IMG/VR virus record: IMGVR_UViG_3300009509_000031
Span: 29,822 to 93,821 of that record
Direction: 5' to 3' (one strand)
Length of the DNA stretch: 64,000 nucleotides
Source of the DNA: a virus
The position numbers were made by a program, and so were the translations under genes. Positions 29,677 to 38,993 of this stretch are shown here, piece after piece (positions within the stretch are counted from its first letter, which is position 1; every line of letters begins with the position of its first letter). The notes under the pieces were generated by a model, which had not been told where the DNA came from, made no database searches, and saw only the letters and a program-made list of their open reading frames with translations.

Positions 29677-31056
29677 CTATAGGGCTTTCAATCGCAAGCT
29701 TGCTTTTTTCACAAACTTCTTTGACTGTTCAATGCCAATGCTTCGCCTACCTAGCCGCTTACAAGCAACCTGTGTTGTTCCAACACCCATAAACGGATCA
29801 ACCACTAGATCCTTTTTCTGGCTATGTCGCTTCAACAACCTTTCAACCAACCACAACGGTTTCTGTGTTGGGTGATCCAGACGTTCGTTACCTTGACAGA
29901 TCGGACCTTCAAAGCAGTTATGAACGTATCTAGCACCCTTATTCTTAAACGGCTTAAAATACGGTTTACCCTTCGTTGCAAACACGATAGCTTCACAACT
30001 TGGAAGGTAAACACCATCCCTATTCACAACACCCGGATTCGTTTTATGCCAAATCATAAAACCCTTATAGGTTAGCTTTGCTGCTTCAATCATTGCTTCA
30101 TACACGCCGATCGCTTCACCAGGGCAGAATATTTGCAAAGAACTGTTTTTAGCCATCAATGGTGCCCAATCCAAAACCCACGAAGCATCAAGGTTATCCC
30201 AGTCAAACTCCCCACTATTAACATCTTGCCTTTCGCCGGCGTACCTAATCGTTGAATGTTCCCTATCATAAGGTGGGTCTGTAAACAGTAGATCAATCTT
30301 CCCAGTACAGTGCTCTTTAATCATATTAAAGTGCTCTTGCCACGTACCGTGAAGGATGCTGATTGTCTTTTGAAGTGCCTTCCCTGCTTTCTTTGCATCC
30401 GCTTTACGCTGTTCGTGTTTTTCTTTAGCCTCTTGCTTTAGTTTTTCTTCTTTCTCTTTCCTGCGGATCTCAGATAGCGCCTTCCTTGCTGCAACATTAC
30501 GTTCCCTAGTTGTGGCCGCTTCCTGTTCAATCTTACGTTTCTTATTTTCTGGTAGTTCTGCTATCTTCAACAAGTCCCTAACACTTTGTTCGCTGACACT
30601 AAGCACCTTTGCCGCTTCAGCTGTGAACCTTTCAACACTAGCATCAGCTTTTGGCCTACCCCTACCCGCACCACCAACTTTTGTTTCAGGATGGGCAGCT
30701 TCATACTTTTCCCGGTAACGTTTCAACCCATCAGCAACTTCAAGCTTATCAAACCCCTTTCGTTTAATGTTCTCTGCAAGTTGCATTGTTAGGTTATGCA
30801 ACTCATCCTTTGGTTTGATAACAACTGCCTTGACTGGAATACCAAGTTGCTTACAAGCCTTTGTTCTTCTAAGGCCAGCAATAATCACATAAGCACCTTT
30901 TTGCTTTTTACTTGGCTTAACAACAATCGGCTGTAGCTGCCCAATTGTTTTAATACTATCTGCGAGTTCTGCAATATCACCGTAATCTTGGCGTGCACGC
31001 CAGCCTTTTTTGATATCTTTCGGGTTCAGGTTCAATACGATCGTCTTTTCACTCAT
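29677..31056 (-). CDS. ParB/Srx N-terminal domain fused to N6/N4 DNA methyltransferase (beta class)
   Basis: ELADSIKTIGQLQPIVV, IAGLRR, ENIKR, HTH; then TDPPY, HPTQKP, VVDPFMGVGTT. Confidence 0.9.
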   Translation of the reverse strand: MSEKTIVLNLNPKDIKKGWRARQDYGDIAELADSIKTIGQLQPIVVKPSKKQKGAYVIIAGLRRTKACKQLGIPVKAVVIKPKDELHNLTMQLAENIKRKGFDKLEVADGLKRYREKYEAAHPETKVGGAGRGRPKADASVERFTAEAAKVLSVSEQSVRDLLKIAELPENKKRKIEQEAATTRERNVAARKALSEIRRKEKEEKLKQEAKEKHEQRKADAKKAGKALQKTISILHGTWQEHFNMIKEHCTGKIDLLFTDPPYDREHSTIRYAGERQDVNSGEFDWDNLDASWVLDWAPLMAKNSSLQIFCPGEAIGVYEAMIEAAKLTYKGFMIWHKTNPGVVNRDGVYLPSCEAIVFATKGKPYFKPFKNKGARYVHNCFEGPICQGNERLDHPTQKPLWLVERLLKRHSQKKDLVVDPFMGVGTTQVACKRLGRRSIGIEQSKKFVKKASLRLKAL

Positions 31057-31070
31057 AACACCCTCTCTTG

Positions 31071-32876
31071 TTACATCCATCTTACAGTTGAACAACCGTT
31101 TACTTTCTCAACTAACAACATCTCATCAACAGCCATTAAAACATCTTCGTGGTGTGACACTACCAACTGTTGCTTTAAGCCAAACTCAGATCCTAGTTTA
31201 TCGATAACAAGTCCAATAAGTTTTTGCCGGTTATTAGCATCAAGCATCGCAAACACTTCATCTAGCATAATGCTCTGAATACTGATCCCCAACATTGACG
31301 CCACAAAAAACGCACCGGCTAACCTAACAGCAAAGCTCTGCAACACTTGGCCGCCACCAGATTCCAAAGCAAACGGCCGTTCCTGTGTTCCATCGTATAC
31401 AGTAACCATCGGTTCATTTTTCTGCTTTCGTGGTCTAGCAGATCCACAGGAAGAACACAGATCCGTTGACGTAGCTTTTAACCATATTTCAGAACCACAT
31501 ACCGGACATACTTTTTCAAAGCTTGCAAGTTCTCTATATGCCGCAAACCTGATCCGTTTTGGATAGTCAAGCCGGCTCAATATCCAGTTACACCGCGTTT
31601 CAACCTTTTCAAGTTCTGATTCCAAAATCTGCGAAGGAATACCTTTGTTGCTACACATCCAATACAGAAACCGCGTTTTCTTCATTCGGCTTTCAAGCTG
31701 CTTTATTTTTTTATTACAGGTTCGGACGGCTTCCTTTGCTTTAGAGATTTGATCAAGCTCTGTTTCAGCTCTTGTTACAATCGCTCTAAGATGTTGCTCT
31801 TCACCTGCAAGCTGAGAAATTGATCGCCGCACACCAGCAATCTTTTCTTTCAATGTGTTTCGCTTGTCAGTATTTGCCGGCTGCTTCTTTGTTTGCTTGG
31901 CTGCCTTTCTTAGCTCTTGTTGCTTCTTAACGTTAGCCTTTATCTCTTCCTTCAACCCGGTTACTGTAACAACAAACGCTTTCCGTTTCTTTTCATACGA
32001 TGCAGCTAACTGTTTACAGGATACAGACAACAAAGGACACATCCCCTTTTTGATCTGTTCCAGTTCTTGCAAAGCTTTTAACAACTTTTTGTTAAGCCGA
32101 TCATGTTCATCCTTTAGATCATCAATCCGATCGTTAACATCCTCAGTATGCTTTTCACCTGCTTTTATAACCTGCAACTGGCCGGATAATTCAAGCTCTG
32201 CTTCCCTCGCTTGCTCCAACTGATCAGATACAGCCATAAGTTTCTTTTTTGCTGCTAACAGTCGTTTTGAAATAACCGGCTTGTCTTTCAACATTTCCGC
32301 TTGCACGGCTTTTGTAGCCTGTACTGTTTCACGTTGTGATAATAGTTTTGACGTATCAGCTCGAAACTGATCCGCAAGTGCTTGCCACATAGCCAATGGT
32401 TGAGTCCATCGCCTGAAATACGCTGATTTATCCCCTAACATGAATTGACTGATATCACCCTGCACAAAGTAAGACAGCGCAATAAAATCATCATACGTCA
32501 ATCGGATTGCTTCATTGATCAGTGCTTGGCCATCAGCAAGCTTAACCGGCTTTCCATCAAGAGAAATAAAGCCGGTGTTGTCTACTGTCCTACCGCGTTG
32601 AATTGTAATCTGGCCGGCACCTGGTACAGTCAACCCAACCTCCACAACCATATCTTTATCGGCACCATCCGTGATCAGCTGCACATCACGAACCTTGTGC
32701 ACGTCTTGCTTTAGTGGAACCTTTCCGTATAAGGCATAACAAATTGCCCTTAACAGTGTGCTCTTACCTGATTCGTTAGCGCCAACAATCCCGACAACTT
32801 TTTTTCCTGATAGGTCAAGTGATACCTCTTTTTTGTAGGCACCAAAATTTCTAAGCATCAAACTATCAACGATCAT
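31071..32876 (-). CDS. sbcC: SbcC/Rad50-like ATPase
   Basis: GANESGKST, YFVQG Q-loop, coiled coil with CPL..C hook, ESGGG signature, MLDEVFAMLD, VVSH. Confidence 0.88.
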   Translation of the reverse strand: MIVDSLMLRNFGAYKKEVSLDLSGKKVVGIVGANESGKSTLLRAICYALYGKVPLKQDVHKVRDVQLITDGADKDMVVEVGLTVPGAGQITIQRGRTVDNTGFISLDGKPVKLADGQALINEAIRLTYDDFIALSYFVQGDISQFMLGDKSAYFRRWTQPLAMWQALADQFRADTSKLLSQRETVQATKAVQAEMLKDKPVISKRLLAAKKKLMAVSDQLEQAREAELELSGQLQVIKAGEKHTEDVNDRIDDLKDEHDRLNKKLLKALQELEQIKKGMCPLLSVSCKQLAASYEKKRKAFVVTVTGLKEEIKANVKKQQELRKAAKQTKKQPANTDKRNTLKEKIAGVRRSISQLAGEEQHLRAIVTRAETELDQISKAKEAVRTCNKKIKQLESRMKKTRFLYWMCSNKGIPSQILESELEKVETRCNWILSRLDYPKRIRFAAYRELASFEKVCPVCGSEIWLKATSTDLCSSCGSARPRKQKNEPMVTVYDGTQERPFALESGGGQVLQSFAVRLAGAFFVASMLGISIQSIMLDEVFAMLDANNRQKLIGLVIDKLGSEFGLKQQLVVSHHEDVLMAVDEMLLVEKVNGCSTVRWM

Positions 32877-34035
32877 TGTCTAGCTGCCTTAGTGCTTTTC
32901 CAAACAAGTTGAACAGCGCAACACGTTCTGACTTGGATGAAACTTTTGATCGCAGAAACATCAAAGCGGCTTGTTCTGGATCCGTTGCAGATATCACTTT
33001 TCTCTTTCGTCGCATTCTAACTTTCTTTTCATGTTCAACCAGAATAGGTGGCGCAATCTGCACAAACCGTGCACCATCAGAGTACAACCAATTTCTTACT
33101 TCCGACCAATCAACAACAGAATATCGATCAACGTAAGAAACAACCTTCACAACAGACCATTGAAAGCAACACCGGCTTTCATGATTAGCAAGCTCTTCAA
33201 TCACTTCATCCGTTGTTTTTGCTCGATTCAAACGGTTACTACCAGAAGCATCAACAACCAGTTCCAGCAAGTTCAGTGCCGTTGTTCTCACATACCGAGT
33301 AACATGAACAGCACCTTTAGTTGTCGTTACCAGCCCAAAATATCGTGGTTGTCCTGCTTCATCAAAACGCAACCGATCAGCTGCACCAATAACCTCTATT
33401 CGATTACCGATTGTTTGCGGTGTGTGGATATGGCCGGCAATTGTTGTGCAGGTAATACAATCAGGCAACACATAATCTGCACCACGATACACAAATTCTT
33501 GGTTGCCTAGTGATGCACCTGTCACGTTCAAATGAGAGAAACACACACTGGTGTAACTACCATCTAGCCGCCTTAATGCGTGTTCAACATCTTCGTTATA
33601 CTCTGTTGCAGAATCGTAAATCCCGGATGATGGAAACGGCAACAGGATTAGATTGACATCTAACTTACAATCATCTGCAGGTTGAAACACTAACGGCCGA
33701 TCAACAATCCAGGGATTGGATTTCTGTGATCCTGCTTTTAGATACTGCAAAGCAAACGGTGTTGATTCCCTAGCCATAGCTTCATGATTCCCGCCCAAAA
33801 TAAACAACGGGATCTTTGCCCGATCAAACTCATTACACCACTGTGCAACCAGTTTTCTATCTGCTTCAGTTGGTATTGGCCTGTCAAACACATCCCCTAA
33901 CTGAATAGCCGTATCAACAGAATACCGTTTACAAAACGAAACAAACTCCCACATACTGTTTCGTATAGAGTCCGATAGGCTGTAACCGTATAGTGATCGG
34001 CCTAAATGCAGATCGCCTATTACACCAATGTTCAT
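32866..34035 (-). CDS. sbcD: SbcD/Mre11-like metallophosphoesterase nuclease
   Basis: GDLHLG, GDVFD, GNHE, GHIH. Confidence 0.88.
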   Translation of the reverse strand: MNIGVIGDLHLGRSLYGYSLSDSIRNSMWEFVSFCKRYSVDTAIQLGDVFDRPIPTEADRKLVAQWCNEFDRAKIPLFILGGNHEAMARESTPFALQYLKAGSQKSNPWIVDRPLVFQPADDCKLDVNLILLPFPSSGIYDSATEYNEDVEHALRRLDGSYTSVCFSHLNVTGASLGNQEFVYRGADYVLPDCITCTTIAGHIHTPQTIGNRIEVIGAADRLRFDEAGQPRYFGLVTTTKGAVHVTRYVRTTALNLLELVVDASGSNRLNRAKTTDEVIEELANHESRCCFQWSVVKVVSYVDRYSVVDWSEVRNWLYSDGARFVQIAPPILVEHEKKVRMRRKRKVISATDPEQAALMFLRSKVSSKSERVALFNLFGKALRQLDNDR

Positions 34036-34262
34036 TACCCTAACTCGTTTTCTGCGAACCAATCGAACACAACAAGCGTTCCTGATGTACCAATCTCATA
34101 AACTTCACTGTCATCATGAATAGCGCGTTTTGGGATCCAGAACTGGCCGGTGTCTTTTAGGTGTGGTTGTTTCTCATTACCAACCAGTTCAGGGATGATC
34201 ACCAAACACGCAAGCCCGGTATCATGAACACATTCACAATCATCAAACCGCGTAACAGGCAT
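34035..34262 (-). CDS. Small phage hypothetical protein
   Basis: WIPK..IHDDSEV...GTLVV..W; coupled to both neighbours. Confidence 0.65.
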   Translation of the reverse strand: MPVTRFDDCECVHDTGLACLVIIPELVGNEKQPHLKDTGQFWIPKRAIHDDSEVYEIGTSGTLVVFDWFAENELG

Positions 34263-34852
34263 TACCCACCATTTTTTTCAAAGTCTGCACGTTCCTTTAA
34301 TACAACCCGCCCAAACTCATCATCACGAGGTAATTCGGCCGGATCAACTTCAACGAGTTTTGCAGTTCCCCATTTACCCTTACCAGTCAATTCCAACATA
34401 CCGCCATAAGGATCCTTACCATCAAGAATCAACCCCTTTTCTGCATCAACAAGCGGTTTAACTTCTTCTGGTGAAAGCTTCCTGATGTTTTTTGTTGCAT
34501 GTCTAGCACCGTTAGGACTAATAACAACAAAGTCATATCGATCAGTAACATTCACTTGATCTTGTGGTATCCAAAAACTAACGGATCCTTGCTTTTCATA
34601 AATCAGCAAAATACGGCCGTACCGTTCACAACCCGTGCTCTTTACGATCTTCACAACAAAGTCTTTAGACGCCATAAGCTTCTTTGCAATATCTGCATCA
34701 TCAAACCGTTGTGAACTACCCGGAACCCACCTTAAATGCTTCGTTGAATACGATCGAGATGTACCAAGATATATCGCTTCAAACACAACACCGGTTTGTT
34801 CTACGGGTTTCCAGTCCAAAATCTCAACCGGATCGCCAATAAGCAGTTTCAT
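34262..34852 (-). CDS. Hypothetical protein
   Basis: Between recA and sbcD. Confidence 0.65.
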   Translation of the reverse strand: MKLLIGDPVEILDWKPVEQTGVVFEAIYLGTSRSYSTKHLRWVPGSSQRFDDADIAKKLMASKDFVVKIVKSTGCERYGRILLIYEKQGSVSFWIPQDQVNVTDRYDFVVISPNGARHATKNIRKLSPEEVKPLVDAEKGLILDGKDPYGGMLELTGKGKWGTAKLVEVDPAELPRDDEFGRVVLKERADFEKNGG

Positions 34853-34853
34853 G

Positions 34854-35756
34854 TTACCTAATACCTTTCTTCTTCTTAGGCATTGGCAACAATCCCTTAT
34901 CATAATCAAGCAAAACGTATGCTTGTTGATACGGTCTAGCAAGCCGGTTCTTTTCTGCAGTTATACATAGTTTAATACCGGCAACGTACTTTTTCCCATT
35001 TCGCACCCTGGTATACTTGCCAAGCATTTCTAACTTTAGCCTAACTGACGCGTGAAACCGTAAAGCAAACCCACCTGGTGGTTTATGTGCCGTACCGAAT
35101 TGGCTATCCGCTGTTCTAATTTGATTAACACAAAACAGGATAGTGTTTGTTCGAGGAATACGGCCAGCAACCTTTCTGATGGCACTGCTAAGCATCAACG
35201 CTCTAATCTGTGCTGAACGATCCCGTTTTATCTCGCCTGTTTCAGCAAGCTCTTCAAGTTCTGCTTTAGTGTTCATTCCGGCAATAGAGTCAATCATCCC
35301 AACCATCAACCCAGTACGGCCAATTGCAGTAATAGATTTTGAAAAAGATCCAAAAACACCTTCAACGGTTTCATCATCCCCTAATATAAGACGGGATAGA
35401 TCAACACCATATTTACTAGCCAACCATTCATCATACTCACCTTCACACGGCCACAATACACCATCCCCGCCAAGCTTTTGAGCTTGTGCAATTAAGCTAT
35501 ACCCAAGTGCAGTCTTACACGTTGCCTCAGCACCAAACACTTCAACAATCCTACCAACAGGCCAGCCCCTACCTTTTCTATCAAGTACTAAATCAAGTTC
35601 TGGAACACCTGACGGTATAAACATCCGTGGAACACCGCGATCACTTGTATTCGCCATATGCACTGCTTCTGTACCAAGTACAGAAGCAATAGCATCAGCA
35701 ACCTTGCCAATACGTGAAACTAGTTCAACCTCCCTAATAATCTTTTTCTTACTCAT
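34854..35756 (-). CDS. recA: RecA/UvsX-like recombinase
   Basis: GWPVGRIVEVFGAEATCKT, IDSIA, VNQIR, PGGFALRFHASVRL, KNR. Confidence 0.88.
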   Translation of the reverse strand: MSKKKIIREVELVSRIGKVADAIASVLGTEAVHMANTSDRGVPRMFIPSGVPELDLVLDRKGRGWPVGRIVEVFGAEATCKTALGYSLIAQAQKLGGDGVLWPCEGEYDEWLASKYGVDLSRLILGDDETVEGVFGSFSKSITAIGRTGLMVGMIDSIAGMNTKAELEELAETGEIKRDRSAQIRALMLSSAIRKVAGRIPRTNTILFCVNQIRTADSQFGTAHKPPGGFALRFHASVRLKLEMLGKYTRVRNGKKYVAGIKLCITAEKNRLARPYQQAYVLLDYDKGLLPMPKKKKGIR

Positions 35757-35778
35757 TAGATTCACAACCCCTAGTAAC

Positions 35779-37233
35779 CTAATCAAGCCACACTGGCGGC
35801 TCATCACAGTATTCGTTGTAGATACTTTCTAGCTTTTTAAGTTGTGATTTTGAAATTAGGGTTGTTTCTTCTTTCTCAACAGCCTCAATTAACTTTGACA
35901 CAAACTTTAAACAGTTTGTTGGTTGTTCCTTTAACCATTGCCATCCGTCTTTTGCTGATAGTACGGACAAAATGAACAGGGCATGTGCTTTTCTTGCTGT
36001 TCTTGATTCCCGTACATTATCGTATGTAGCCGTTCCCTTATCAGCAAACTCAATTCTGCAATTCCGGCGGCCCACTGTTCCCTTCGTGGCCCTTGGTTTA
36101 TCTGTTCGTACAACTGTTTTAGAGTGTCTGGATCGGCTAGCCGCAGTAACGCCATTAGCTTCAACCTTTCGTATACGGCTAGCGTAGATCCGTTTGACGC
36201 TGTTGGAAGTTCTTTCTGTTCGTTTTTGAGTTCTGCAACAACCTCTTTTCTTGTTTCTCTCACCTTCATCACCGGCTGTAACCACAACCCGCAATCGTTT
36301 TGTCCAAGAACCCTTTTTATCTTTTTTGACCATTGAATTTTTCGCAACCTTTTTGTGTACACCCGTACCTCTACACAGTGTTCTAAAGGATCCACAAAAC
36401 CCGGAAAATTTCCTAATCAGTGAACTCAACCCGAATTCAACACATCGATCATGCAGTGCTTGTTTATCAAGCACCGTCTTTAACCGGCCAAACTTGTACT
36501 GATTCAACAGATCGCGCTTTTCTTCTTCTGTAATATGCGGCTTTTTCAGATCCCATAATGAAGTGTTGCGTGTAATCACACTAACAACATCTTTATGGGA
36601 TACGGATCCCAGCCCACCTTGCTTTTTAGAATGTTGCAGTATCCGATCTAGTGTCTTAAACCTATCAAGTAACTTCCTAGCCGTTTTATCCCCAACCATA
36701 TGAACACCAGGAACATTATCCTTATTACCTACTAGTAATCGGTAGGCCAAGAACTGTTCAGGCTGCATTTCTAATTTAACTTTTGCATGTGACTTGGGAT
36801 CAATGATGTAGTGGTTTTTAGGTACACAAAGCTGGAAGAGATCAGAATCGCTAGTCACGATACCAACCTCTTCCAGCTTTAGAAATACGGTTAATACGGC
36901 TATAACGTCATCTGCTTCAACACCATTTTCATAGCATTGAATAACCGGCAATGTGTCAAAGAATCGTTTAAGAATTGCAAGTTGCCTAATTAAGTCTTCA
37001 ATAAACTCCGGATCCTTATTTCTGTTTGCTTTGTAATCCGGAAAAATCGCCTTCCTTTTATTACTACCACCATCCCAACAGATAATAAGTTCATCCGGAT
37101 CCAAATCTGCAGCAAGGCTAGCCAAGCTTTTTAACACACCGTACACAATATTAGTATTCTGGCCCTTATAAGACAGACTCAGTTTATATGCTGCCCTATA
37201 CGCCAGATTAGATAAATCAACAAGTAGTCTCAC
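35779..37233 (-). CDS. 5'-3' exonuclease / flap endonuclease with long C-terminal extension
   Basis: LLVDLSNLAYRA, WDGG, YKANR, EADDVIA, SDSDLFQ, DNVPGV..VGDKTA. Confidence 0.9.
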   Translation of the reverse strand: MRLLVDLSNLAYRAAYKLSLSYKGQNTNIVYGVLKSLASLAADLDPDELIICWDGGSNKRKAIFPDYKANRNKDPEFIEDLIRQLAILKRFFDTLPVIQCYENGVEADDVIAVLTVFLKLEEVGIVTSDSDLFQLCVPKNHYIIDPKSHAKVKLEMQPEQFLAYRLLVGNKDNVPGVHMVGDKTARKLLDRFKTLDRILQHSKKQGGLGSVSHKDVVSVITRNTSLWDLKKPHITEEEKRDLLNQYKFGRLKTVLDKQALHDRCVEFGLSSLIRKFSGFCGSFRTLCRGTGVHKKVAKNSMVKKDKKGSWTKRLRVVVTAGDEGERNKKRGCCRTQKRTERTSNSVKRIYASRIRKVEANGVTAASRSRHSKTVVRTDKPRATKGTVGRRNCRIEFADKGTATYDNVRESRTARKAHALFILSVLSAKDGWQWLKEQPTNCLKFVSKLIEAVEKEETTLISKSQLKKLESIYNEYCDEPPVWLD

Positions 37234-37517
37234 ATTACCCTCTTTTTTGCTGACGGTGTGTTACCTTGCTTCCAAGGATTTGCCCCGTATTCTCTACACC
37301 AAGCAAAATGACATTTCCAACCACAAAACCCGCGTCTAACTTTGTTATCTGTTCTTGCGTATACAACATTAGTTAGACGTTCCCCACATTCAGAACAATA
37401 AACCAGGTATTCACCGGCGTTTTCTTTTTCCCTTGGAAGAGCCTTTCTTAGCCTTTTTGCGATCACTACTTTTGGCTTTTCGCTTCTTTTTTGGTTTTTC
37501 TTCTTCATCGTCATCAT
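37230..37517 (-). CDS. Zn-finger hypothetical protein
   Basis: CSEC...FCGWKC; stop overlaps exonuclease start; exact start uncertain. Confidence 0.5.
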   Translation of the reverse strand: MMTMKKKNQKRSEKPKVVIAKRLRKALPREKENAGEYLVYCSECGERLTNVVYARTDNKVRRGFCGWKCHFAWCREYGANPWKQGNTPSAKKRVM

Positions 37518-38469
37518 CAGCTAGATCATCGTCTTCATCAGTATCATCTTCATCATCCGATGAATCCCCGTCATCATCGTCATCATCAGAATCATCTTCA
37601 TCATCGGTACTATCATCGTCATCATCATCTAGATCATCACTATCTTCATCATCCTCATCAGACGTATCAGGATCATCAAACAACTCATCTTCATCAGAAT
37701 CGTTTTCAAAACCATCACCCTCATCATCAAACCCATCATCACCAGACAGATCCTCATCATCATCAAAATCATCTTCATCCGCATCACCTTTGATGAACTT
37801 TCGGATCGCGGTTCTTTGGGCTTTTTCACTGGCCGGCTGCACTGCTTTAATCGTATCTAGATCATTCAACGCTTCATACACATCATCAGTGATGTATTTA
37901 GCGATATTAATTGGATCTGAAAATTTAACAGACGGGTATCTAGTGGCCTTACCCTTGCCTTTTCTTTTGATTGCTACAATAACGGCAGCTTCTGGATCGC
38001 TAATATCGATCTTCTCATCAGTAACGTGATCAACAATCTGTTCAAAAACGTTACTACTAACCCCCAACAACTTTACAGGACCGCGAGACTTAATATCTTC
38101 TTTTCTGATTGCGTTCATAAAACCACGGCTTGACAACCTAAAGTTATCCGCGAAGTCTGAATCCCCCTTTTTCAGTGCTTTCTTCCGTTCCTTACAAATC
38201 AAACACGGTTTATCGTATCCAGAATTAGGTGGGCATACCAACCCCAATCCGTGTTGTTGAACTTCACGCCACAATACCCTGATCTCATCTGCCCATGGTG
38301 GACATATATAAAAATAATTCCAGCCAACTTTCAATTCATGGAACTCACCACCAGATCGATCCGCAAGTTCCTTTTGTTTCTTTGCTGCTTCATCAAAGTC
38401 AATACCGCGTCGTTTTCTCTTACTGCTACCCTTACTTTTTGATCCTGACTTATCCTTTTTCTTTGCCAT
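37411..38469 (-). CDS. Single-stranded DNA-binding protein (gp32-like) with long acidic tract and basic tail
   Basis: H..LVCP...CLIC Zn site; DISDPE...I.RKGKGK.TRY; Asp/Glu tract then Lys/Arg tail. Confidence 0.75.
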   Translation of the reverse strand: MAKKKDKSGSKSKGSSKRKRRGIDFDEAAKKQKELADRSGGEFHELKVGWNYFYICPPWADEIRVLWREVQQHGLGLVCPPNSGYDKPCLICKERKKALKKGDSDFADNFRLSSRGFMNAIRKEDIKSRGPVKLLGVSSNVFEQIVDHVTDEKIDISDPEAAVIVAIKRKGKGKATRYPSVKFSDPINIAKYITDDVYEALNDLDTIKAVQPASEKAQRTAIRKFIKGDADEDDFDDDEDLSGDDGFDDEGDGFENDSDEDELFDDPDTSDEDDEDSDDLDDDDDDSTDDEDDSDDDDDDGDSSDDEDDTDEDDDLADDDDEEEKPKKKRKAKSSDRKKAKKGSSKGKRKRR

Positions 38470-38471
38470 AA

Positions 38472-38993
38472 CTACCGATCCTTTCGTTTTCTTTTTACAG
38501 ATCTCTTTACAACCCGCTGTTCCAAAACCCTGTTAGCTCGTTTTATTTTCTTTCTTAGTGATAAATCAGTTGAATCCTTTTCTGTTCTGTTATCTGCACC
38601 AAGTTGAATCAGCATATCCTTACGTTGTTTAAATGCTTCAACAGCAACTTTTAGAATATCCCTGTTAAACTTTGCTTTGTGCCACGCTTCAACAGCTTCC
38701 CTATGCCGACTATGTTTTGTTATGTGTTCTTTGATCTCAGCTTCTTTACTGTTTCGTTTTTCAGATCTGTATTTCAATCCCAGCTTAGCCCCAATTACAT
38801 CCTTTGCTTCTTCCGATCGCCTTGCTTCATCTTCCGCCCTAGCGTGTAAAAATCCCCAATGTGCGAAGTAACTAGCTTGTCTTGAAAATTCTTGTTTCAG
38901 ATCTGCCCCAATACCAAGCTCTTCAAGGATACCCAACATCGTTTTTTCTGGATCAATAAGATCATCGTTTTCATCTTCACGCCGCTTTGGCAT
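38472..38993 (-). CDS. UvsY-like recombination mediator
   Basis: Helical; EF..Q...F..W...VEAFKQRKDMLIQLG; GGAGG RBS; between polA and SSB. Confidence 0.55.
   Translation of the reverse strand: MPKRREDENDDLIDPEKTMLGILEELGIGADLKQEFSRQASYFAHWGFLHARAEDEARRSEEAKDVIGAKLGLKYRSEKRNSKEAEIKEHITKHSRHREAVEAWHKAKFNRDILKVAVEAFKQRKDMLIQLGADNRTEKDSTDLSLRKKIKRANRVLEQRVVKRSVKRKRKDR

Noticed and set aside
29677-31056. Temperate or plasmid-prophage lifestyle inferred from ParB
   Set aside because: ParB is fused to an MTase; no ParA, integrase or CI-type repressor is seen in the window
37433-38029. Poly-Ser and poly-His plus-strand ORFs (also 50977-51807, 51422-51790)
   Set aside because: Reverse-complement readings of GAT/GAA acidic codon tracts
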